From assembly GCA_963767925.1 (NCBI GenBank), contig CAVYGB010000002.1, positions 1,696,001-1,760,000 on the forward strand: DNA of 64,000 nucleotides. The letters are read 5' to 3'. Positions 53,835-63,117 of the stretch are shown here, piece after piece. The notes beneath the pieces were generated by a model that was not told the DNA's origin, made no database searches, and saw only the letters and a program-made list of their open reading frames with translations. This DNA is from an uncultured delta proteobacterium. GTDB taxonomy: Bacteria; Myxococcota_A; Polyangia; Fen-1088. The stretch's first letter is position 1. Each line of letters opens with the position of its first letter. The translations under genes were made by a program, and so were the position numbers.

Positions 53835-55577
53835 ATGGCTGTGACCAATAGACGCGTTGCTTTGTCTCGTTATCTGCCTCTGGCGCTCATCTTCTTGCCC
53901 ATCGCGTGTGTGGGTGAGGTGGGCAAGACGTCCGACGTGCCGGGTGCGCCCGGAGCGCCGGGCGGGCCGGCCGTTCCTGGCGCCGCGCCGGGCACACCGG
54001 TCGTCCCGGGGAGTCCCGTGGGCTCGCCCGGTGGGCCGGCGGCTGGACCGGCCGCCCCGGCCGATTGCGCGCGACCGACGCTCGGGCCCTCGCCCGTGCG
54101 GCGGCTGACCCACATCGAATACAACAACGCAGTCGCGGATCTGCTGGGCGACCGCTCGCAGCCGGCCAACGCGTTCCCGGACGACATCCAGGTGGGGTTG
54201 TTCAGGAATACCGCGACGGTGCAGTCGGTGCCTCCGCTGCTGGCCGAGGGCTACCTCAACAGCGCCGCGCAGCTCGCCGGGCGGGTCAACGTCGGCACCC
54301 TGGTCGGGTGTGACGCTGCTACCGCGGGCTGTGCCGCCGACTTCATCCAGCGCTTCGGCCGGCGGGCTTTTCGCCGCCCACTGAAGCCGGACGAGGGGCA
54401 GCGGCTGCAGCAGGTCTTCGAGAACGCCCGGACCAAGGCGGACCCCCAGACGGCGGTGCGGGCCGTGGTGGCGGCCGTCCTGGTGGCGCCACAGTTCCTG
54501 TACCACCTCGAGGTCGGCGAGCAGGACTCGGCGACCCCGGGGGTCAAGAAGCTCGGGTCGTTCGAAGTGGCGGCTCGGCTGGGCTCCCTGCTGTGGGCGT
54601 CCTTGCCGGACAACGAGCTGCTGGACGTTGCGGCGGCGGGCGGTCTCGCGACGCGCGAGCAGGTGCTGCTGCAGGCCCAGCGGATGTTGAAGGATCCGCG
54701 CGCCCGGGCGGCGGCCGGCGGCTTTTACGAGCAGTGGTTCGGCGTGGACGAGCTCGAGAACGCGAGCAAAGACACCCAGCTCTTCCCCCAGTTCAACGCC
54801 GAGCTGCGCAATGCCATGCGGGAGGAGTCCGCCCGCTTCGTCAGCCACGTCATCTGGGAGGGCGACGGCAAGCTCTCTTCGCTGCTCTCGGCGCCCTACT
54901 CCTTCGTCGACGCCCGGCTGGCGGCGATGTACGGCGTCCCGGCCCCCGGCGGGCAGGGGTTCCAGAAGGTCTCGCTCGATCCGGCGGTGCGCGCAGGGAT
55001 CGTGACGCAAGCGAGCCTGCTGACGGCCTTTTCCCCGGCGGTCGACACCTCGCCCTTCAAGCGCGGGGCCTGGGTGCGCACGCGCATCCTCTGCCAGGAG
55101 CTGCCGATTCCCCCCAACGACATCCCGGAGCTCCCTCCGGTCAAGGAGGGAGTCTCCAACCGGCAGCGCGCGGAGCAACACACCAGCGCTCCGGCCTGCA
55201 GCACCTGCCACAAGCTGATCGATGGCCTGGGCTTCGGCTTCGAGCAGTACGACGTGCTCGGTCGGGTGCGGACCATGGATCGGGGGCTGCCGGTCGATTC
55301 GAGCGGCGAGGTGACCCACACCAGCGACATCGACGGCAAGTTCAACGGTGGCGCGGAGCTGGCCCGGTTGCTCGCGCGCAGCGAGCAGGTGCGGGACTGC
55401 GCGCCGACCCAGATGCTGCGCTACGCCCTCGCTCGGCCCGAGACGCCGGAGGACGCCTGCTCGCTCCAGCAGCTCAAGAGCTCGTTTGCCGCGTCGGACG
55501 GCAACGTCAGGGACCTGCTGCTCGCGCTGACCCAGACCGACGCGTTTCTCCACTACCGGAGGCCCGAGGGACCGTGA
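53835..55577 (+). CDS. DUF1592/DUF1588-family lipoprotein with a CxxCH heme motif (second paralog)
   Basis: VRRLTHIEYNNAVADL, RAFRRPL, PQFLY, WASLPD, SPFKRGAWV and CSTCHKLID. Confidence 0.92.
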   Translation: MAVTNRRVALSRYLPLALIFLPIACVGEVGKTSDVPGAPGAPGGPAVPGAAPGTPVVPGSPVGSPGGPAAGPAAPADCARPTLGPSPVRRLTHIEYNNAVADLLGDRSQPANAFPDDIQVGLFRNTATVQSVPPLLAEGYLNSAAQLAGRVNVGTLVGCDAATAGCAADFIQRFGRRAFRRPLKPDEGQRLQQVFENARTKADPQTAVRAVVAAVLVAPQFLYHLEVGEQDSATPGVKKLGSFEVAARLGSLLWASLPDNELLDVAAAGGLATREQVLLQAQRMLKDPRARAAAGGFYEQWFGVDELENASKDTQLFPQFNAELRNAMREESARFVSHVIWEGDGKLSSLLSAPYSFVDARLAAMYGVPAPGGQGFQKVSLDPAVRAGIVTQASLLTAFSPAVDTSPFKRGAWVRTRILCQELPIPPNDIPELPPVKEGVSNRQRAEQHTSAPACSTCHKLIDGLGFGFEQYDVLGRVRTMDRGLPVDSSGEVTHTSDIDGKFNGGAELARLLARSEQVRDCAPTQMLRYALARPETPEDACSLQQLKSSFAASDGNVRDLLLALTQTDAFLHYRRPEGP

Positions 55578-56893
55578 AACCTGCAAACAGCAAACCCTGG
55601 TTCTGTTCGCGCCGCGCGCTCCTGGGCGGCCTGGGCGCCGTCGGGTTCAACCACCTGTTGCCCGGATCGGCCCAGGCCCAGGCACCGGTCGGCCCGCGCA
55701 AGCGTTTCGTCGTGGTCTACGTGCCCGAAGGCATGTGGGCGGGCGCGGATCGGCCCGCCGCGGGGGCCGCCACGCTGGGCTCGATCTTCGGTCCGATGGA
55801 CCCCTTTCGCTCGAAGATCACCGCCCTCGACGGGATCGATCTGGCCACCGCGATCAGCGATCGTCCTGGCGTCGACGAGCACCACCGGCTGCCGCACCTG
55901 CTGACCTGCACCAAGATGCTCGATGGCCGCACCGGCGGTGGGCCGTCCATCGACCAGAAGATCGCGCAGGTGATCGGGGGCAACAGCACCTTTCAGTCGC
56001 TCCAGTTCGGCGTGCAGATCGTCTACAAGGACGGCTCGGGTCGACCGATCTGGAAGGGACGGGGCGAACAGCTCCCGGCCATGGAGGATCCCTGGCTGGC
56101 CTACGACCGGATCTTCGGCGGTCAGATGGGGCAGCCGGCCCAGCCCGGGCAGACCCCGCCAGCGTTCGACCTGCGCAAGAGCGCGCTCGACTACTCGCTG
56201 GCCGAGATCGCGAGCCTTCAGGCCCGCCTGCCGGCCAGCGATCGAACCCGGGTGGAGTCCTACCAGTCGTCGTTGCGCGACATCGAGCGCCGGCTGCAGG
56301 GGCTACAAGGGGGCGTGGAGCAAGGGGGCGGAGGCGCCTGCACGCCGCCCAAGCTGGGGGCGCCGACGGACATCAAGGCCAAGGCGAACTTCCCGGCGAT
56401 CTCGCAGCTCCAGATCGACCTGCTGGTGACCGCGCTCCAGTGTGGCACCACCAACGTGGCCAGCCTGCAATACGGCAACTCGGTCGACCAGTGCACCTAC
56501 CCCTGGCTGGGGGTGCGCCGGACCGGGCACGACCTGTCCCACGGCAGCTCGCGGACCGAACAGCAGAAGGTCTACCGCTGGTACTCCGAGCAGTTCGCCT
56601 ATCTCCTCGGCAAGCTGCAGGCGGTGCCGGAAGGCGACGGCACCATGCTCGACAACACGGTTGTGCTCTGGGTGTCCGAGTTCGGAAACAGCTCGTCGCA
56701 CAGCCTGAAGAACCTGATGTGGTTCGTGATGGGCAACGTCGGCGGCTTCCTCCGCCAGGGTCAGGTGCTCAAGCTCCCCGGCCGTTCGGTGAGTGATCTG
56801 CACGTCACCCTGGCCCACGCCTTCGGGATCCCGGACGCGACCTTCGGCGACCCCGCCTTCTGCACCGGTCCAATCGCCCCGCTCATCGCCTGA
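55574..56893 (+). CDS. DUF1552 domain protein with Tat signal (second paralog)
   Basis: GTGA overlap with the upstream gene; SRRALLGG, YVPEG, SIDQKIA, SLQFGV, HDLSH and LDNTVVLWVSE. Confidence 0.9.
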   Translation: MKPANSKPWFCSRRALLGGLGAVGFNHLLPGSAQAQAPVGPRKRFVVVYVPEGMWAGADRPAAGAATLGSIFGPMDPFRSKITALDGIDLATAISDRPGVDEHHRLPHLLTCTKMLDGRTGGGPSIDQKIAQVIGGNSTFQSLQFGVQIVYKDGSGRPIWKGRGEQLPAMEDPWLAYDRIFGGQMGQPAQPGQTPPAFDLRKSALDYSLAEIASLQARLPASDRTRVESYQSSLRDIERRLQGLQGGVEQGGGGACTPPKLGAPTDIKAKANFPAISQLQIDLLVTALQCGTTNVASLQYGNSVDQCTYPWLGVRRTGHDLSHGSSRTEQQKVYRWYSEQFAYLLGKLQAVPEGDGTMLDNTVVLWVSEFGNSSSHSLKNLMWFVMGNVGGFLRQGQVLKLPGRSVSDLHVTLAHAFGIPDATFGDPAFCTGPIAPLIA

Positions 56894-56956
56894 GGCCCGG
56901 GCGGCGCGCCGGCGCGGTGGCTGTCACCGTGGCCGGCGCCGTCGCCTTTGCGGGCG

Positions 56957-58057
56957 TCAGGGTTCGTCGTCGCTGGCGGGGGCTTCGCCGCGGGCGGCGG
57001 CGGCCAGGCTGTGGTCGAGGGCGGCCAGCAGGTCGCGGTTGCCGTCCTGCTGGTAGCGGGCGAGGTTGCGCTCGAGGTCGGGCAGGCGTTCGAGGAAGGC
57101 GCCCAGCCGTTCGGCGGTGATCGCCTCGGCGGCCAGGCCGTAGCCTTCCGCTTCCAGGTAGCGGGCGTTGAGGATCTGCTCGACCTGGTGGCGCACCGGC
57201 ACCGACAGCATCGGGCGGTGCAGATAGACCGCCTCGCCCATCAGGGTGAAGCCGCCGCCGGCGATAACGCCCCGGGCGGTGCGCAGGTCGTCGATGAAAC
57301 CCGCCTCGGAGAAGGGGCGATAGCGCAGGTTCCCGTCGACCTCGTCGGCGGTGAGGGTGCGCTTGAGCCCGTAGATGCGGCACTCGCGCCCGGCGCCGCG
57401 CAGGACCTCGGGCAGGGCCGCGTTGCTGGTGGAGGTCTGGTAGACGAGCAGGTGATCGCCGGCCTCGGGCCGGGCGGCCAGGATCTCCGGACGCAAGATG
57501 GGCGGGTGCAAGGTCGTGCGCGGCCGGCGCACGGGCGGCTGGAAGAAGGTCGTGACGTGGTAGTGGAAGGCGCCGGGGACCTTGGCCTTGATGATCGCCT
57601 TTTGCAGCTCGAAGTCGGCGCGGATCCCCTCGAGCCGCTCGGGCGGGTGCTCGCAGCGGTTGATGATCTGCATGTTGTCGACCGAGACGACCGGCAGCCC
57701 GCGCCGGCGGGCGAACAGGTAGCTCCAGGACTCGAAGTCGGAGATCACAACCTCGGGCGAAAAGCGCTCGGCCACCTCGAAGTAGGCCTGCACGTTCCGA
57801 GGCCAGCCGGTGATGGCCCCCTTGACGTTCTCGAGCAGGGTGCGAAACGTCTGCACCTCGTTGTCCTCGTAGACCAGGGTGTAGCCCCAGATCTTCTGGA
57901 CCCGCAGGTGCTCGCTCTCCCGCCGTTGCAGGTAGTCGTGGGCCCGACCGGAGACCACAACCTCCACCTCGTGGTGCTTGGTCAGGTGATCGAGGATGAC
58001 CCGCGACCGCATGGCGTGGCCCATCCCCTCGCCGACGACACCATAGAGGATCCGCAC
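56957..58057 (-). CDS. GT-B glycosyltransferase (MJ1255/VC2487-like)
   Basis: RILYGVVGEGMGHAMRS, VISDFE, GGGFTLMGEA and EQILNA. Confidence 0.88.
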   Translation of the reverse strand: MRILYGVVGEGMGHAMRSRVILDHLTKHHEVEVVVSGRAHDYLQRRESEHLRVQKIWGYTLVYEDNEVQTFRTLLENVKGAITGWPRNVQAYFEVAERFSPEVVISDFESWSYLFARRRGLPVVSVDNMQIINRCEHPPERLEGIRADFELQKAIIKAKVPGAFHYHVTTFFQPPVRRPRTTLHPPILRPEILAARPEAGDHLLVYQTSTSNAALPEVLRGAGRECRIYGLKRTLTADEVDGNLRYRPFSEAGFIDDLRTARGVIAGGGFTLMGEAVYLHRPMLSVPVRHQVEQILNARYLEAEGYGLAAEAITAERLGAFLERLPDLERNLARYQQDGNRDLLAALDHSLAAAARGEAPASDDEP

Positions 58058-58094
58058 CCCGACATCTTAGCCGCTCGCCCGGCTCGGGCCACGG

Positions 58095-59720
58095 TCAGCG
58101 CGCGCCAGTGACGGCGGTGTTGCTGGCGGCGCCGAGCAGGGGCTTGCAGCGGTCGATCTTGCTCTGCAGGCGGGTCCGCAGGGTGTTTTTCATCGAGGGG
58201 GGGCGGATGCGGGTGGCGCGCAGCCGCTGCAGCGCCCCCCGGAAGGAGTCGCGCGCCCGCTCCCACTGCCGCTCGCCGGCCTGCAGATCGCCGAGCTCCT
58301 CGAAGGCCCGGAAGTCGTCGGCGTAGACGATCACCGCCATCTCGGCCACCAGCTTGGCGTAGGCCGCGTGCTCCCGCTCGGCCAGGGCGCCGACCACCGC
58401 CTGGACCAGGGGGTAGGGCAGGGCGCTCTTCTTGACCAGCCCCTCGAGCCAGGTCAGCCCCGGGCCGGGGCCCCGCGCGATGACCCCCGCCCCCAGCTCG
58501 GTGGCGCTGGGCAGCGGCTTGCCGGCCAGCCGCTCGAAGCGGAAGCCTTCCCCCTCCTCGCGCTGGGTGTCGAGGAAGGCGATGGCCCGGTCGTTTTGCT
58601 TGAGGCGGGCGTCGAAGAACTGCTGCACGAACAGGATCACCGTGCGGTAGGCGTCCACCCGGCGGGCGGCGCCCGGGTCGGCGCGCAGGCTGGCGCCGGC
58701 GGGGCCGTGCCAGATGAAGGTGTTGTGATCGACGCCCGGCACCTCGACGAGCAGCCGCTCCGAGGCGGTGAAGGTCTTGATCAGGTCGTAGCGCGCCCCC
58801 TCCTTGCGGGCGAAGATCAGGGCCGGCGCCTGCAGCAGGTGGGCGTCGAGGAACAGGACCCAGGGGCCCTCCAGCCCGAGGTCGTCGATGCGCCCGTAGT
58901 CGAAGGTGGAGTCGATGCTCGCCACCGCGTCGACAAGGCGGTTGCTCATGCTGGTGGCGAGGGCGGCGATGGCCCCGAAGCTGTGGCCCAGCAGGCCCAC
59001 CTGCTCGAGGTCGACCTGGGGATCGTCGCGCATCTGGGCGAAGATGAACTCGGCGTCGGCGCGCGAGCGGTCGAGGTCGGGGTCGATGCGCAGCGATTCG
59101 GGCCCCGCGGGCTGGAAGGCGCTGGCCACCACCACGTAGCCGTGGCTGGCCAGGTGTTCGAGCAGGGGGGCCGAGTCGGCGTAGTGGCCGCCCAGGCCCG
59201 GGTGGTAGACCAGCAGGGGGAACCGCCCGGGCAGGGCGGGCGCGCCCCGGCTGGCCAGCGTCTCCTGGGCCAGGTAGCGCCGCACCACCTCGGCGTCCGG
59301 CTCGAGCAGCCACGGCTCGGCCGGCTCGAGGATCTCCTCGGCGATCACCCGCCGCGAGACGGTGGCCAGGCGTTGCAGGAAGCGGGCGTGGGCGGGCGGG
59401 GTGCCAGGGCCCTCCAGGCGCAGGTAATCGCCCTGCACCATGCGGGCGGCCCCGCTCTTCTGCGCCGGGTACCAGACGGCGAACAGGATCGGCCGGGGGC
59501 CCGGCTGGGCGAAGGCGTCGGCGTACAGGCGGCCTCCGTCGGCGCGCACGGAGACGCGCCAGCCGACCGGGTGGCGCCCGGGATCCAGCAGCGGCGGGCG
59601 GGCGGCCTGGGCCCGGGCGCCCACAGGGGCGTGCGCGAAGGTCAGGACGAAGAGCGCCGCCAGGACCACGGCCCGCCCGACGAGTTGCTTGGCGGTCCTT
59701 CCCAGCGCGCCCCCGGTCAT
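58095..59720 (-). CDS. Secreted alpha/beta hydrolase (PAF-acetylhydrolase/dienelactone hydrolase-like) with a C-terminal helical or TPR-like region
   Basis: Signal peptide, VWYPA, FPLLVYHPG, LASHGYVV and nucleophile elbow GHSFG. Confidence 0.8.
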   Translation of the reverse strand: MTGGALGRTAKQLVGRAVVLAALFVLTFAHAPVGARAQAARPPLLDPGRHPVGWRVSVRADGGRLYADAFAQPGPRPILFAVWYPAQKSGAARMVQGDYLRLEGPGTPPAHARFLQRLATVSRRVIAEEILEPAEPWLLEPDAEVVRRYLAQETLASRGAPALPGRFPLLVYHPGLGGHYADSAPLLEHLASHGYVVVASAFQPAGPESLRIDPDLDRSRADAEFIFAQMRDDPQVDLEQVGLLGHSFGAIAALATSMSNRLVDAVASIDSTFDYGRIDDLGLEGPWVLFLDAHLLQAPALIFARKEGARYDLIKTFTASERLLVEVPGVDHNTFIWHGPAGASLRADPGAARRVDAYRTVILFVQQFFDARLKQNDRAIAFLDTQREEGEGFRFERLAGKPLPSATELGAGVIARGPGPGLTWLEGLVKKSALPYPLVQAVVGALAEREHAAYAKLVAEMAVIVYADDFRAFEELGDLQAGERQWERARDSFRGALQRLRATRIRPPSMKNTLRTRLQSKIDRCKPLLGAASNTAVTGAR

Positions 59721-61162
59721 GGTGACCGGGAGTTATACCCCGACTGTAGCGCCTGCAGCGCCCGCAGCACCGGCTCGGCCCGCATCCCGGCCCGGGCCAT
59801 CAGGGCCTTGACCCGATGTTTGGCGGCAGCCAGCGCCGACCAGGGGCCCCGCCGCCGCTCGAGCTGGAACGATCGCACCTCGTTGACCACCCGGCTGACC
59901 GCCAGCTCGTAGTAGAGCGACGAGTGCGGGCGCCGGCGCTGGATGTCGCGGTCGGTGGTGCGCTTCCAGGGGCGCAGCTCGACGATGTCCTTCTTCACCT
60001 CGTCGTGAAAGGGGGTGCCCTTGATCGGGTAGGCCACCGTGATGGTGAACTGGTCGGGGTCGGCGCGCTTGAGGTGCTCGATTGTCGCCTCGATGTCGGC
60101 CTCGGTCTCGCCCGGGTAGCCGATCATGATGAAGGTGCCGGTCTCGATGCCGTGGGCCTTGCTGAGCTGGATCATGTCGCGCACCTGCTCGACGGTCACC
60201 CGGCGATCCATGGCGTCGAGCACCTTCTGCGAGCCGCTCTCGGCTCCGATCCAGACCCGGAAGCAGCCCGAGCGCTTGAGCAGGCCGACGACCTTCTCGT
60301 TGAGGCGGTCGGCGCGGGTGATGCACTCGTAGGGCACGTGGATCTTCCGCCGCTCGAGCTCGAGGGTCAGCTCCTCGAGCCAGCGGTGGGCGATGGTGAA
60401 CACGTCGTCGACGAACCAGAGGGTGTCGGGGTTGTAGCGGGCCACGATGCCCGCGATCTCCTCGGCCACCAGGCGGGGGGAGCGGCGCCGGTAGCTCTCC
60501 CCGTACACTGCCCGGCTGCACCAGCGGCAGGTGTAGGGACAGCCGCGCATGGTGCTGACCGAGACGGCGTTTTTTCCGTGGCGCTCGCGCCAGGCCCGCA
60601 GGTAGGGGGCAAGGTCGATGGCGTCCCGCTTGGGCATCGGCAGCTCGTCGAGCTGGCGCAGGAGGGTGCGGGGGGCGGTGCGGACGGCGGCGCCGGCCCC
60701 GTCGCGAAACACGATGCCGTCGACCCTGGTCCAGCTGTCGGCGGGGCCGCTCGACCAGGCCTGTACCAGGGCGTGCAACGTCTCTTCGCCCTCGCCCACG
60801 ACGATGACGTCGGCCCCGTGCGCGAGGAACTGCTCGGCGTGGTGGGTGACCTCCGGCCCCCCCAGCACGACGCGGGTGTGGGCCAGGGCGGGCTGCGAGC
60901 GGATGAAGGCCACGATCTCCAGGACCGTCAGCTTCGTCATCAAGTTGGTGTAGAGCCCGACGACGTCGGGAACGTTGCCGAGCAGGTGGCGCTGCAGGGC
61001 GGCCCGGTCGGAGAAGGTCGTGTCGAACACGGTGACCGGCACGGCCCGCGCCTCGAGGTAGGCGGCGAGGTACAGGATGCCGAGGGGCGGGTAGGGCCGC
61101 ATCAAACGCAGCTCCTTGACGTCCTCGGCCAGAAAATAGCCGTGGGTGAGGAGGACCTTCAT
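59717..61162 (-). CDS. B12-binding domain radical SAM protein
   Basis: YPPLGILYL, VLGGP, GEGE, RGCPYTCRWC, FVDDVF, IGAESGSQ and IGYPGET. Confidence 0.93.
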   Translation of the reverse strand: MKVLLTHGYFLAEDVKELRLMRPYPPLGILYLAAYLEARAVPVTVFDTTFSDRAALQRHLLGNVPDVVGLYTNLMTKLTVLEIVAFIRSQPALAHTRVVLGGPEVTHHAEQFLAHGADVIVVGEGEETLHALVQAWSSGPADSWTRVDGIVFRDGAGAAVRTAPRTLLRQLDELPMPKRDAIDLAPYLRAWRERHGKNAVSVSTMRGCPYTCRWCSRAVYGESYRRRSPRLVAEEIAGIVARYNPDTLWFVDDVFTIAHRWLEELTLELERRKIHVPYECITRADRLNEKVVGLLKRSGCFRVWIGAESGSQKVLDAMDRRVTVEQVRDMIQLSKAHGIETGTFIMIGYPGETEADIEATIEHLKRADPDQFTITVAYPIKGTPFHDEVKKDIVELRPWKRTTDRDIQRRRPHSSLYYELAVSRVVNEVRSFQLERRRGPWSALAAAKHRVKALMARAGMRAEPVLRALQALQSGYNSRSP

Positions 61163-61330
61163 CTTGCGGCGGGCAGCCTCTGCCGGCGGCCTTCACTGTG
61201 GCACGGGCCGCACACGTCCGCCAAGCCGCACCACCGCGCCCGCCCGACAACGCGGGGAACAATCGCCCGTCCTGCCGTTTTAGGGGGAAAGCGGCAGCCA
61301 ACGCTGTCTGCCGTCCGGCGTGTGCAAGTC

Positions 61331-61999
61331 ATGGCCAACCTCATCGATACTGCCGTGTTGCGGCCGTTTCCCGACGGCCGCCTGAACCACCCACAACGGG
61401 CGGCGGAGGTCGATCCTCGGGCGCCTGCGGGGGCGCTCCCGGACGCGGGCTTCGTGGAGCAAGTGACCCAGCAGACCGAGTTGCTGCAGAAGAACGCCTT
61501 GCGCTTGACGCGCCACCGCGCCGACGCGGCTGACCTGGTGCAGGACACCGTCGAGAAGGCCCTGCGCAACTGGCGGCGCTTCACCCAGGGCAGCCGCATG
61601 CGCGCCTGGCTGCTGACGATCATGACCAACCTGTTCGTGGACCGCTGCCGCCGCAGGACCCGGGAGGGGGAGCTGCGCGCGGGGCAAGGCGGGCAAGGCG
61701 GGCAAGACGGGCAAGCGGGAATCGACCCGCCCGCCCCGGAGCCCGAGGAGCTGCCGGCCTGGGCGCGGCTGTCCGACGAGCAGGTGCGGCGGGCGCTGGC
61801 CGCGCTCGATCCGTCGATGCGCGAGGTCTACCAGCTCCGGGCGGTCCAGCAGCTCTCGTACCGGTCGATGTCGGCGCGGCTGGGCATCCCGGTGGCGACG
61901 GTGGGCACCCGGCTCAACCGGGCCCGGCTCAAGCTGCGCGGCCTGCTCGAGGCCGAGGTGGGCGGGCCCGGGGCGCAGCCAGAAACGGAGCAGCCATGA
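61331..61999 (+). CDS. ECF sigma-70 factor
   Basis: DAADLVQDT, RAWLLTIMTNLFVD and LSYRSMSARLGIPVATVGTRLNRAR. Confidence 0.92.
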   Translation: MANLIDTAVLRPFPDGRLNHPQRAAEVDPRAPAGALPDAGFVEQVTQQTELLQKNALRLTRHRADAADLVQDTVEKALRNWRRFTQGSRMRAWLLTIMTNLFVDRCRRRTREGELRAGQGGQGGQDGQAGIDPPAPEPEELPAWARLSDEQVRRALAALDPSMREVYQLRAVQQLSYRSMSARLGIPVATVGTRLNRARLKLRGLLEAEVGGPGAQPETEQP

Positions 62000-62991
62000 G
62001 CGGAGCCGCCATGGCCGCCGCCTGCGAGGACCTAGCCCTGTTTCTCGACGGGGAGCTGCCCGGCCCGGCGGCTCGGCGGTTCTCCGAGCACCTGGGGCAG
62101 TGCGCGCGCTGTCCCGGGGCGCTGAGGGCGCTGCTGCTGCTCGACGACCTGGTGGCCGAGGAAGCGCTGGCCCCCGGGTCGGTCCTCCACCCACCCCGGT
62201 TGCAGGTGGTCCGCGACGAGGCGCCGGTGCCGGTGCCGTCGCCGGTGCTGTCGCCGGTGCTGTCGCCGGTGCTGTCGCCGGTGCTGTCGCCGGTGCTGTC
62301 GCCGGTGCTGTCGCCGGTGCTGTCGCCGGTGCTGTCGCCGGTGCTGTCGCCGGCGCTGACGTCGCCGGCGCGGCGGCGCCGGAGGCTCGGCGGGGTCCTG
62401 GCGCCGGCGTTCGCGGCGTTGGGGTTGGCGGCGGCGGGGGCGGCCGGGCTGTTCGTGTCCGGGCCGGGCGGCGACGGGGAGGCGGAAGTGCGGCTGGCGG
62501 CGCTTGCCGGGGCGCCCCAGCGGGGGCAGCTCGCTCGCTTCTCACTGGCGGCGGCGGATCGCCACCGCCCGTTCAACCCGCTGCGCGCGGGGCGCGGCGC
62601 GGATCCGGCGCCGGCGCCGGCCCCGGTGTCGGCGCTGGCCGCGGTCGAGCAGCTCGGCGACGCGCGGGCCCTGGCGGCGGCGTATTTTCTGCTTGGGCTG
62701 CCGGCGCAGGCGGCGGCCCACCTGCCCCCCGGGGGAGAGTCGGCCGATCTGCTGAGCGACCACGCGGCGATCGCGCTCGAACAGGGCCAGGTGGAGCAAG
62801 CGGGCCTGTTGCTGGATCGAGCCTTGCGGCTGGCGCCCGGCCACCGCCAGGCGCGCTGGAACCGGGCGCTGGTGTGGCGAGCCCGGGGCGATCGGGCCGG
62901 CGCCGCCCGCGCCTTCCAGGAGCTGGCCCGCGACGAGGAGCCAGGCTGGGCCGCGGAGGCCCGCGCCCAGGCCCGGGATCTGCTGCCATGA
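61996..62991 (+). CDS. zf-HC2 (ZAS) anti-sigma-like protein with a TM segment and TPR-like domain
   Basis: ATGA overlap with the sigma gene; CEDLALFLDGEL...HLGQCARC; TM segment; QARWNRALV and EPGWAAEA. Confidence 0.85.
   Translation: MSGAAMAAACEDLALFLDGELPGPAARRFSEHLGQCARCPGALRALLLLDDLVAEEALAPGSVLHPPRLQVVRDEAPVPVPSPVLSPVLSPVLSPVLSPVLSPVLSPVLSPVLSPVLSPALTSPARRRRRLGGVLAPAFAALGLAAAGAAGLFVSGPGGDGEAEVRLAALAGAPQRGQLARFSLAAADRHRPFNPLRAGRGADPAPAPAPVSALAAVEQLGDARALAAAYFLLGLPAQAAAHLPPGGESADLLSDHAAIALEQGQVEQAGLLLDRALRLAPGHRQARWNRALVWRARGDRAGAARAFQELARDEEPGWAAEARAQARDLLP
62239..62358 (+). repeat. In-frame 12-bp VNTR (TCGCCGGTGCTG) x9 plus one variant, encoding (SPVL)n
   Basis: Read directly from the sequence. 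Confidence 0.95.
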
Positions 62992-63117
62992 GCGCAAGGT
63001 GGGCGGGCGGACGGGTACTGCCGGCTCGAGGTGTGCTGCGGGCCCCCCTCGAGGGGGAGGCGCTGTGCGGGCGCCTGGTGGAACGGCCTTGTGGTTACGC
63101 CGTGAGCGGGGGGTGAG

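Noticed and set aside
62988..63116. 42-codon ORF starting at the ATGA overlap after the anti-sigma gene
   Set aside because: Poor codon bias and no motif; it could be the frameshifted 5' end of the 63118 gene, but this cannot be supported from the sequence.
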